DNA from: Lachnoclostridium sp.
GTDB lineage: Bacteria; Bacteroidota; Bacteroidia; Bacteroidales; Muribaculaceae
Assembly: GCA_023667185.1 (NCBI GenBank)
Contig: JAMPAP010000002.1
Coordinates: 150,978-214,977 of the forward strand
Direction of reading: 5' to 3'
DNA length: 64,000 nt
Position numbers and translations under genes: made by a program
Shown here: positions 28,332-36,692 of the stretch, piece after piece
How the letters are laid out: each line of letters starts with the position of its first letter
How positions within the stretch are numbered: position 1 is the stretch's first letter
The notes under the pieces: model-generated
What the model saw: only the letters and a program-made list of their open reading frames with translations
What the model was told of the DNA's origin: nothing
Databases searched by the model: none

Positions 28332-29456
28332 ATGCCTAAAACCAATATGTCACCCGTCAAGGAGCAGCTTCTCCGCCACATGAAGGAAGCCCCGCAATAC
28401 TACCATCCGGCACTGTTGCGCGACATCCTTGACGGCCGACTTGGGGATGCTGACGACTACGCCCTCATGCCCGGCCCGATGAAGGAGTTCATCGAGTCAG
28501 GGCAGAGGCTTACGTGGGAGGAGATCCTTGGGGCCGGAGTGCTTCCCCGGCCGCTTCCCCGCGAGGTGGTGACCGCTGATGAGGATATGCGCCTACCCGT
28601 CTACTCCGTTAAGCAGTATGAGGGCGGCATCGTAGCTCCGCATCGCACTGACGTGTTTATCCTCGGCGTGGCCGGTACAGGAAAATCCTCTCTTGCCTGT
28701 AGCCTTATCCGCCAGCTCGTGGATGTGTGTGAGTATGAGTATCAGCCTATGAAGTCCTCGCCCGATGATGCCAAGACTGCTGATTATTATAATGCTGTCA
28801 TGGACATAACTTTGCGGTTCAACAAGCCCGTGGCTCCTTCGCTCAACGATAACCTACTTTTCACCCAGCTTCGCGACACCCATTCTCGCCGCCGCCTTAC
28901 CATTATTGACGGTGACAGCAATGATATGTCAGATCTGGCACGGATCAACACCCCTGACGGAGTGATATTCAAGAAATACAATATCTACCGTATCATGGGC
29001 AACCGCAACTCCAAGATCCTGCTACTGCTCTTCAACTATCGTCAGATCAAGACCTCCGGCCATCGCACCATGTTCAACCAGTCAATGCTCATCGAGCGCT
29101 TCCTCAATGCCATGACATCTGACGGATCACCCGATAATCCCGAAAAGGATAGCTCGTTCAGCCGATTGAAAGGACTGGTATTTGTGTTTACAAAGTGCGA
29201 CAATCAGGATCCTGACGCGCTGAATGTCATCAACCGGTTTCTTGAAGAGCATCTCAAGACTGTGATGATGCGGCTCGACATCATCAACCGCCGTTTCGGC
29301 ATCAACAAGGAGAATGGCTACCGCCCGTATATCCTCCCCGTTACCCTCGGGCAGTTTACCATCGGAAACACGTTCATCTACAACCCGGAAACATCCATAA
29401 ACCTTGCCAAACTTATCACCTCGATTACACCTACGCAGTGGCCCTGGCAATGTTGA
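28332..29456 (+). CDS. TRAFAC-type GTPase-like protein, paralog of 16413..17954, with a degenerate G3
   Basis: G1 FILGVAGTGKSSLA (about 28666) and G4 FVFTKCDN. The G3 position reads LTIIDGDSND, with no DxxG glycine. The C-terminus GYRPYILPVTLGQFTIGNTFIYNPETS matches DYRPYFLTFSLGNFYVGNTVVFNPDDS in the paralog. Confidence 0.65.
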   Translation: MPKTNMSPVKEQLLRHMKEAPQYYHPALLRDILDGRLGDADDYALMPGPMKEFIESGQRLTWEEILGAGVLPRPLPREVVTADEDMRLPVYSVKQYEGGIVAPHRTDVFILGVAGTGKSSLACSLIRQLVDVCEYEYQPMKSSPDDAKTADYYNAVMDITLRFNKPVAPSLNDNLLFTQLRDTHSRRRLTIIDGDSNDMSDLARINTPDGVIFKKYNIYRIMGNRNSKILLLLFNYRQIKTSGHRTMFNQSMLIERFLNAMTSDGSPDNPEKDSSFSRLKGLVFVFTKCDNQDPDALNVINRFLEEHLKTVMMRLDIINRRFGINKENGYRPYILPVTLGQFTIGNTFIYNPETSINLAKLITSITPTQWPWQC

Positions 29457-29494
29457 TGAATATAACCTAATCCAAGAAAAATATAATAAGTGCA

Positions 29495-30949
29495 ATGTTA
29501 GATATAATCGCTAAAAACCCGTTCCGCATCCTCGGTGTCTACTCTGACTCCGGCCTGCGTGACATCGTGGCCAATCGCAACCGCATCAATGCCTTTGCGA
29601 AAGTGGGGAAGCCCTGTACGTTTCCTACTGATCTTGCCTCACTCGCCGGACCGGTTGACCGCTCGCCCGAATCAGTGCAGGCTGCTGACTCGGCTCTTAC
29701 CATCGATGCTGACAAACTGAAATATGCTACCTTCTGGCTTATGAAGGGGGAGCCGGCTGACGCTGACGCCCTCCGTATGGCCTCGGAAGGAAACATAGCC
29801 GGTGCGCTCGCCTCGCTCGAGAGCCGCAGCTCCATGGCCTCGCTTCAGAACCTTGCAGTCATCAGCCTGATGCGCAACGATATCCGCAAGGCTTCAGTGG
29901 CTTTCGCAAATATGACTGACCGCTATGCCGCAAACTTCTACTCGGCTATCGGACTCAATGTCGGCGGCACGGAAACTCTCGTGGATACATACGTGAAGAC
30001 ACTCCTGGAGAATGACAGCACGATCGATGCGGCCGTGTTTACCGGTAATGATTATCCCGCCTCGTGGAATGCAACTGTAAAAGACGTGGCCGCTGTGCCC
30101 GTCATCTCCCAGCTTGAGGCGTTGATAGCCGAGGCCCGCAAGTCGAAGGACGGCAGCCCCGTAGAGCGTCTCAAAGCCGGTATCAACCTCTCCAAGAAGT
30201 CAAAACCGCTGCTGATGAAGCTGCGCAATATGCTGACCACCAAAGATCTCAAACTCGTCAATATATCTGACAAGGTAGGCAACGAGGTGCTTCAGTGCGG
30301 TATCGACTTCTATAACGATTCTGACGACATTTCTACTGCCAAGGATGCCCTCGCTCTTGCCAAGGATGCCCGCATGATAGTGCTCGGCTCCATGGCCCGC
30401 CAGCGTTGCGACGAGAATATCAAGACCCTCGAAAACAATGCCGCTCTTATCCCGTCAGCCGCTATTCAGGCCGACGTTAATGCTATCAGTGTAGCTCTCA
30501 ACGACTTCACCTCCCACAACCAGTCGTTTGACTCGCTCATCAGCCTCCTTGACCTTGTAGAGCCTCACCTGAAGAAGATGAAGGACACTGTAGGTGAAAA
30601 TGATCCTATCTATATCAACTGGTCAACAAACGTAGTGAATGTAGCTCTTAACCTGATCATCGACAAGGTTAATGCTGCACAAAATGTAGCAGGCAATGGC
30701 TCTAAACAGCTTCAGGACTATGTCACATATGTCGCAATGGCTCACGGTTTCATGAATCGTCTGTCGAAATACGCGATGGATCAGGCGTGCCGCAATCGAT
30801 TCAATACCAATAACAATACACTCAATGATCTTTATGCCCAAACCAAAAATGTCAATACCGGCGGCAGCAGCGATTCCGGCTTCAGCAGCTGCTTTATACA
30901 GATCCTGATTTATTTGGGTATCATGGCATTAGTGGGAATGTGTAGTTAA
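29495..30949 (+). CDS. Tail-anchored helical protein with a J-domain-like N-terminus that lacks the HPD motif
   Basis: NPFRILGVYSDSGLRDIVANRNRINAF resembles J-domain helix I/II (DYYEILGV...). No HPD tripeptide follows. C-terminal TM: FIQILIYLGIMALVGM. The family call is weak. Confidence 0.45.
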   Translation: MLDIIAKNPFRILGVYSDSGLRDIVANRNRINAFAKVGKPCTFPTDLASLAGPVDRSPESVQAADSALTIDADKLKYATFWLMKGEPADADALRMASEGNIAGALASLESRSSMASLQNLAVISLMRNDIRKASVAFANMTDRYAANFYSAIGLNVGGTETLVDTYVKTLLENDSTIDAAVFTGNDYPASWNATVKDVAAVPVISQLEALIAEARKSKDGSPVERLKAGINLSKKSKPLLMKLRNMLTTKDLKLVNISDKVGNEVLQCGIDFYNDSDDISTAKDALALAKDARMIVLGSMARQRCDENIKTLENNAALIPSAAIQADVNAISVALNDFTSHNQSFDSLISLLDLVEPHLKKMKDTVGENDPIYINWSTNVVNVALNLIIDKVNAAQNVAGNGSKQLQDYVTYVAMAHGFMNRLSKYAMDQACRNRFNTNNNTLNDLYAQTKNVNTGGSSDSGFSSCFIQILIYLGIMALVGMCS

Positions 30950-30969
30950 TAAAAAATTTAATACCAGAT

Positions 30970-31899
30970 ATGAAAAAATATTTTACAATGCTTGCTCTTG
31001 CAGCGGCAATGACAATGTCGGCACAGATGCCGGGTATCCCTTCAGAAAATCTCGCTGATTCGCTTAAGGCGGTTAATAAGGAGCTCGTTACCATTAACGA
31101 TGCTGTAAAAAAGAATGCCGAGGATATAAAGGCAGTCAATGAGTGCATTGACGCCACTGAAAAGGCTTTCGTTGCCAAAACTGACTCAATGACAGCCGAG
31201 GCCTCCGCGCTCGCGGCTCGCGTTGACGATATCAACTCTACTCTCAATGCCGCCATCGAGAAGGTGAACGAGACCCTCGGCACCGAGATCCGTACCACCA
31301 AGACTGAGGTGACAACGCGCACCGGCTCGCTGCTGACATACGGTATTATTGCGGCCATCGTGCTACTCCTTCTTGTTGTGGCTGCATATATGATACTTCG
31401 CAAACGTATCGGCGACGGCAGCGTGGATCTTGACACGGTCAAGGAGGCTAACAAGCAACTTCAGGAGCAGTCAGTCAGCCTTGACAATAAGCTTACTGAA
31501 GTGCTTCAGCAACAACTCGCCATGGCTGATACGCTGAAAAAGGCCACGGCAAACAGCTCTTCCGAGCCTGATCACTCTCTGGAGCTATCGATTGCCAACG
31601 AGCTCGCCCGCATAGAGCAGAACCTCGCTTTCATGGATCCCAAAACCAAGGGTGTGTCACAGCTTAAAAACCGTGCAGCGGCTATCAGCGAAGCTCTCAA
31701 AAAGAAGGGCTACGAGATTGTGCCGATGCTCGGCCAGGATTACAAGGAGGGCATGAACGTGGAGGCCACGATGGAGGAGGATGACACTCTCGAGCCCGGT
31801 AAGCAGATTATTCGCCGCGTTAGCCGTCCGGCCGTGCTCTACAAAGGATCTATGATACAGCCCGCTCAGGTAGTGGTGGCTTTCAACCCCGAAGACTAA
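30970..31899 (+). CDS. Membrane-spanning protein with a cytoplasmic GrpE-like C-terminal domain
   Basis: It has a signal peptide (MLALAAAMTMSAQ), a periplasmic coiled coil, and the TM segment LLTYGIIAAIVLLLLVVAAYMIL followed by RKR. The C-terminus KKGYEIVPMLGQDYKEGMNVEATMEEDDTLEPGKQIIRRVSRPAVLYKGSMIQPAQVVVA follows the GrpE beta-domain pattern (G.E.I...G...dp..h.A.......PG.V..V...GY...G..iRpA.V.V). Confidence 0.6.
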   Translation: MKKYFTMLALAAAMTMSAQMPGIPSENLADSLKAVNKELVTINDAVKKNAEDIKAVNECIDATEKAFVAKTDSMTAEASALAARVDDINSTLNAAIEKVNETLGTEIRTTKTEVTTRTGSLLTYGIIAAIVLLLLVVAAYMILRKRIGDGSVDLDTVKEANKQLQEQSVSLDNKLTEVLQQQLAMADTLKKATANSSSEPDHSLELSIANELARIEQNLAFMDPKTKGVSQLKNRAAAISEALKKKGYEIVPMLGQDYKEGMNVEATMEEDDTLEPGKQIIRRVSRPAVLYKGSMIQPAQVVVAFNPED

Positions 31900-31920
31900 A
31901 AAGAAATAAATTTACATTAT

Positions 31921-34422
31921 ATGGCATCACTTAAAATAATATACGGTATCGACCTCGGTACCACCAACTCGGCAATCACCCGATTCGAAAATGGTAAGGC
32001 CGTAGTAAAGAAAAATTCGCTCCAGAGTGACACCACACCATCTGTTGTGGCATATCGCGCCCAGGGTAAGGCCCCTTCGGTAGGCTCACGTGCAAAAACT
32101 CAGCTTGAGAAGGATCACGTGATGGCCTTCCGCAAGCCGGGCTATAAGTCAAACGTATTCCATGAGTTCAAGCGCGTGATGGGCACTGACCATAAGTTTT
32201 TCTCTTCAGCGCTTAATGCCGAGCTGACTCCTGAGGATCTTTCGGCCGAAGTGCTAAAAGAGCTGCGTAAGAATATCCTTGATGATGAGGTCTCATCGGC
32301 CGTAATCACCGTCCCTGCGATGTTTAATAACACTCAGAAGGATGCAACCAAGCGAGCTGCAAAACTCGCCGGATTTGACCATGTAGAGCTTATTCAGGAA
32401 CCGGTGGCCGCATCTGTGGCTTATGGTTTGTCCTCAAAGATGAAGAATGCTTACTGGGTGGTGTTTGACTTCGGTGGCGGTACATTTGACGCTGCTCTGA
32501 TGCGTATCACTGACGGTATCATGCAGGCTATAGACACTGCCGGTAACAACAAGCTCGGCGGCAAGGATATCGACAACGCTATAATCGAGCAGATTATGAT
32601 CCCATATTTCCGCTCCAACTATACAATTGAAAACATCCTGACCAACAATCGCAAGGCCTTTGCCGAGGTGTGGAAGGCAAAGGCTGAGGAGGCGAAGATT
32701 AACCTTTCGTTCAACTCATCGTATGAGCTCGAGACTGACCTCGGCGAGGATTACGGTACTGATGATCTCGGCGATGAGCTTGCCCTCTCGCTCACCATCA
32801 CTCAGGATGATCTGGAGCGTGTGGCTGCGCCCATCTATCAGAAAGCCATCGATATAACCAAGGAACTGCTTGCCCGCAACGGTATCAACGGCAAGGATCT
32901 CGGCGCTCTTATCCTCGTGGGCGGTCCTACACATTCGCCCATTGTGCGTCGTATGCTCCGCGAGCAGGTGACTCCGAATGTCGACACTTCTATTGACCCG
33001 ATGACCTGTGTGGCTGCCGGGGCTGCCATCTATGGCTCTACAATAGATGTCCCTGAGGAGATTGCTGACACCAAGCGTGACCGCTCCAAGGTGCAGCTCG
33101 CCGTGACTTATCAGAGTACCTCAGTCGAGACCGAGGAGTGGGTGTCAGTATCGCTGCTCCGTGACAAGTGTGACAACTACACCGAGCCTACGGTGAGAGT
33201 GGAATTTGCCCGCACTGACGGCCTGTTTACCTCGCCCGCCTCAGAAGTGGATGCAGCCGGCGACGTTGTATCGCTGATGCTCAAGCCGGATGCTACAAAT
33301 ACGTTTGATATCCGCTGCTACGACAGCCGCGGCACACGCCTCGAGTGTGAACCATCGCAGATCTCCATCATTCAGGGTGTGGCCGGATTAGGCGATGCTG
33401 TCATCCCTATGGCTCTCGGTATCGGTGCTACCAATAAGGATAATGTCGAAGTATTCATCCCCATTCAGGGTCTCGAGAAGAGCCGCAAGCTCCCCGCTTC
33501 GGGAAGTACTCGCTCTAACGGACTTCGCACACAGAAGGATATTCGCCCAGGTGTGGAGTCTGACACCGTCAGAATGTCTCTTTATCAGACCGAGGATGTG
33601 GGCGAAAACGTCAGAGTGCTCTATTGCCAGCGCATCTACGATGTACTGGTCACCGGCGAGGATGTACCCGTACTCGTGCCTGCCGAGAGTGTGATAAATA
33701 TCAACCTCCATGCCGAGCGCTCGGGCACAATCGATAAGTTTGAGATCGAGATTCCGAGCATCAACTTCACTCTCGACCTTACCGAGCGCATGAGCAAGAG
33801 CACCACATCAGCTCTCTCCGAAAGCTTCCTTGTGCATGAGATATATGATGCCAAGACCCGCGCCCGCCGCCTTGATAATGCCGCCTTGATCAACCGCATT
33901 GACCTTCTTGAGCAGCGCCTGAAGAATGCTGCCGGCGACCGCGATGCCCTCGATGGTATCTTTGCCGAGCTCCAGTCAATCGGTCGCGAGATCGATCATC
34001 AGATGTCGCTCGGCGAATGGGATCGCGAGGCTGCCCGACTTAAGTCAATGTTTGCCGAACTCTCAAACGATAACGTCAAGTATGGCAACGCTGATACCAC
34101 CGCTCTAATCGAGCAGATCAAGAAGGAGATGGACAAGGTGCTCGAAAGCCGTAACGTCCAGCTTGCCAAGGATCTTTACAGCCAGATGTGGAATCTCGAC
34201 TTCCGCATCGCTGAGGTGGAATTCTATATCGCATGGATACAGCAATGGAACAGCGAGTTTGCCCGCAAGAACTGGACTAATCCCTCGCGTGCCCGCCAGC
34301 TCGTTGACAATGGTCTGTCCATCATCCGCCAGGGCTCGCCTACGGCCGATGCTCTCCGCCCCATTGCCTTTGAGCTCAACGATATGCTACCCGAACACCA
34401 GAAAACCGATACTCTTCACTGA
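31921..34422 (+). CDS. Non-canonical Hsp70 (DnaK-family) ATPase, 833 aa
   Basis: IYGIDLGTTNSAI, VITVPAMFNNTQKDATKRAAKLAGF, VFDFGGGTFDAAL and LVGGPTHSPIVRRML. SBD-beta-like: IPMALGIGATN...VFIPI. An extra segment of about 115 aa lies between the NBD and SBD, and the helical C-terminus is long. Confidence 0.9.
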   Translation: MASLKIIYGIDLGTTNSAITRFENGKAVVKKNSLQSDTTPSVVAYRAQGKAPSVGSRAKTQLEKDHVMAFRKPGYKSNVFHEFKRVMGTDHKFFSSALNAELTPEDLSAEVLKELRKNILDDEVSSAVITVPAMFNNTQKDATKRAAKLAGFDHVELIQEPVAASVAYGLSSKMKNAYWVVFDFGGGTFDAALMRITDGIMQAIDTAGNNKLGGKDIDNAIIEQIMIPYFRSNYTIENILTNNRKAFAEVWKAKAEEAKINLSFNSSYELETDLGEDYGTDDLGDELALSLTITQDDLERVAAPIYQKAIDITKELLARNGINGKDLGALILVGGPTHSPIVRRMLREQVTPNVDTSIDPMTCVAAGAAIYGSTIDVPEEIADTKRDRSKVQLAVTYQSTSVETEEWVSVSLLRDKCDNYTEPTVRVEFARTDGLFTSPASEVDAAGDVVSLMLKPDATNTFDIRCYDSRGTRLECEPSQISIIQGVAGLGDAVIPMALGIGATNKDNVEVFIPIQGLEKSRKLPASGSTRSNGLRTQKDIRPGVESDTVRMSLYQTEDVGENVRVLYCQRIYDVLVTGEDVPVLVPAESVININLHAERSGTIDKFEIEIPSINFTLDLTERMSKSTTSALSESFLVHEIYDAKTRARRLDNAALINRIDLLEQRLKNAAGDRDALDGIFAELQSIGREIDHQMSLGEWDREAARLKSMFAELSNDNVKYGNADTTALIEQIKKEMDKVLESRNVQLAKDLYSQMWNLDFRIAEVEFYIAWIQQWNSEFARKNWTNPSRARQLVDNGLSIIRQGSPTADALRPIAFELNDMLPEHQKTDTLH

Positions 34423-36179
34423 TGATTTACAAAGCTAAAGATACAATACTTGACCGCTACACTGTCCTTTTCCCGATAAAGGAAGGAGCCTACGCCGAGT
34501 CGTATCGCGTGAAAGATGCTGCCGGCAAGCGGTATTTCTTCAAGCTGATTGACCGGTCCAGGCTTCAGCCCGAGCAGATCGATGACTATGGGCGTGTGCG
34601 CGAAATAGAGATCGTAAAGGATTTGGCTCACCCATGCCTCCCGGCTATGATCGAGTCGGGCGAGGTGACTATCGGCGGCAAGGAGTACGAATACCTTGTC
34701 AACAAATATGTGCCCTCCGAGACCCTTGCTGACCGCCTTCAGCGCGCGCAGACCCTCAAAATGTATGATATCAAGGCCATAGCTCGCGGAGTGCTCTCGG
34801 CTCTGACAGCGCTGCATGAGAATGACAATCCGGTGATCCACAATGAGGTCACGGCTCTGAATGTGCTGATGGATCTGTCGGTCGACGATCCGTCGGCTGT
34901 ATGCCTTATCGACTTTGGCTATGCCCGCCATACTGACGAGGCTCATGGCCAGTCGATCGAGGGGCTCAACTGGTTTTACCTCGCTCCGGAACGGTTTGAC
35001 GGCGCTTCAACGGTGCAGAGCGACCTCTATTCAGTAGGAGCTCTGCTATATCAGCTGACCTTCGGGCTGCTCCCCTGGTTCTGCGACCTCTCGACCATAG
35101 CTCCCGAGAAGCGTAAGCAGTATATCCTGCGCCAGAAGCACACCGCATTGCTGATGCCCGTAGTGGATAAGTTTGAGCTCGACGATCGTTTCCTCAACAT
35201 CCTCCGCAAAGCTCTTGCTGCTGATGTCGACGAGCGTTTTCAGTCGGCCCGGGAGTTTCTTGACGCCATCGAGGGAAAAGGCGAGGTGATAGCGCCGTCG
35301 CAGAATCCTGCTACGGCTGATGATCGCCGCGATGCTTTCTCAGCTTCGCGTCAGCGCTCCGGCAACGGGTTTGAGGATGTGGCAGGTATGACAGAGCTTA
35401 AGGAAATGCTCCGCAAGCGGGTGCTCAACATCCTGCGCGATACCGAGAAGGCAAAGCGTTACAAGCTTCAGATACCCAACGGTATACTCTTCTACGGCCC
35501 TCCCGGATGCGGCAAGTCGTTTCTTGCTGAGAAGTTTGCCGAGGAAGCCGGCTACAATTTCAAGCTCGTGAAGGCATCTGACCTGGCGTCTATCTATGTT
35601 CACGGCTCGCAGGAAAAGATAGGCCAGCTCTTTGACGAGGCACGCAAGAATGCGCCTACGATCCTCTGCTTCGACGAGTTTGACGCTCTGGTGCCGGCTC
35701 GCGGTACGCAGGGCGCCGAGCACCAGTCGGGCGAGGTCAACGAGTTTCTTACCCAGCTCAACAACTGCGGCGAGACCGGCGTCTTCGTCATCGCGTCGAC
35801 CAATCGTCCCGACATGATCGACCAGGCCGTGCTGCGTCGCGGCCGTATTGACCAGGTGATTTTCATCCCGGTGCCTGATGCCGAGAGTCGTGCCGCGATG
35901 TTTGAGCTCCATCTCAAGGGTCGCCCCTTCGACACCTCGATCGACTATTCAGCACTCGCTGCCTTGACTGAGAATTACGTGGCAAGTGACATAGCCTACG
36001 TGGTCAACGAGGCCGCAGCCCGCGCAGCGTTTGCTGACGAGAAGATCACTTCCGAGCATCTCGAAGAGGTAATCTCCGAGTGCCGCCCTTCGCTCAACGA
36101 GGGCGCGCTGCGCAACTACGACAAGCTACGCGAAAAAATGGAAGGCATCGTGGAGTCACGGCGCCGCATAGGTTTTTAA
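34422..36179 (+). CDS. Fusion of a Ser/Thr-kinase-like domain (atypical catalytic loop) and a classical-clade AAA+ ATPase
   Basis: Kinase-like motifs: YFFKLI (beta-3 Lys), IHNEVTALNVLMD in place of HRDLKPxN (34839..), DFGYA (34911..) and YLAPERF. AAA+ motifs: Walker A GPPGCGKS (about 35496), Walker B ILCFDEFD, sensor-1 IASTN and the Arg-finger region DQAVLRRGRID. Confidence 0.85.
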   Translation: MIYKAKDTILDRYTVLFPIKEGAYAESYRVKDAAGKRYFFKLIDRSRLQPEQIDDYGRVREIEIVKDLAHPCLPAMIESGEVTIGGKEYEYLVNKYVPSETLADRLQRAQTLKMYDIKAIARGVLSALTALHENDNPVIHNEVTALNVLMDLSVDDPSAVCLIDFGYARHTDEAHGQSIEGLNWFYLAPERFDGASTVQSDLYSVGALLYQLTFGLLPWFCDLSTIAPEKRKQYILRQKHTALLMPVVDKFELDDRFLNILRKALAADVDERFQSAREFLDAIEGKGEVIAPSQNPATADDRRDAFSASRQRSGNGFEDVAGMTELKEMLRKRVLNILRDTEKAKRYKLQIPNGILFYGPPGCGKSFLAEKFAEEAGYNFKLVKASDLASIYVHGSQEKIGQLFDEARKNAPTILCFDEFDALVPARGTQGAEHQSGEVNEFLTQLNNCGETGVFVIASTNRPDMIDQAVLRRGRIDQVIFIPVPDAESRAAMFELHLKGRPFDTSIDYSALAALTENYVASDIAYVVNEAAARAAFADEKITSEHLEEVISECRPSLNEGALRNYDKLREKMEGIVESRRRIGF

Positions 36180-36200
36180 ACTATTCACAAAGTGTAAATC

Positions 36201-36692
36201 ATGATAAAAGATAATTTGAATCTCGCTACAGCCTTCGCATTTATGGCATGCGACGGCGATATCTCGCCCGATGAGGTGAAGTTGATAAAGCAGATGAATG
36301 CTGACGGCATCATCCCGTGTGACGATGTCGACGATAAGCTCGAGCAGCTACTCGGGCAGCTCAACGCCCGCGGTCACGGCTTTATGAAAGACTATTTCCA
36401 GGCCGTCACTGACGCTGACCTTGACGCCGACGCGGCTCTCGCGCTACTCAAGATTGCCGTCGCCACCATCTATGCCGACGAAATCGTGGAATACTCCGAG
36501 GTGAAGTTTTTCCGAGCCGTGCGCTCGCATATCCTCTCAATGACCGATGAGCAGATCCTCGAGGCTATCCCCGAGGTTGAGGACTTTTGGCTGGAGTCTG
36601 ACGTCAAGTCGGCCGCTCCGGGCTACCTCGACCAGCAGTATATGGAAGCTGTCGAGCTACCGCAGTTTGACATCGCATCATTGAAGAAGTAA
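36201..36692 (+). CDS. TerB-like (tellurite-resistance TerB / DjlA N-domain type) protein
   Basis: Two copies of the TerB-type motif: FMACDGDISPDEVKLIKQM and IYADEIVEYSEVKFFRAV. All-helical, 163 aa. Confidence 0.65.
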   Translation: MIKDNLNLATAFAFMACDGDISPDEVKLIKQMNADGIIPCDDVDDKLEQLLGQLNARGHGFMKDYFQAVTDADLDADAALALLKIAVATIYADEIVEYSEVKFFRAVRSHILSMTDEQILEAIPEVEDFWLESDVKSAAPGYLDQQYMEAVELPQFDIASLKK

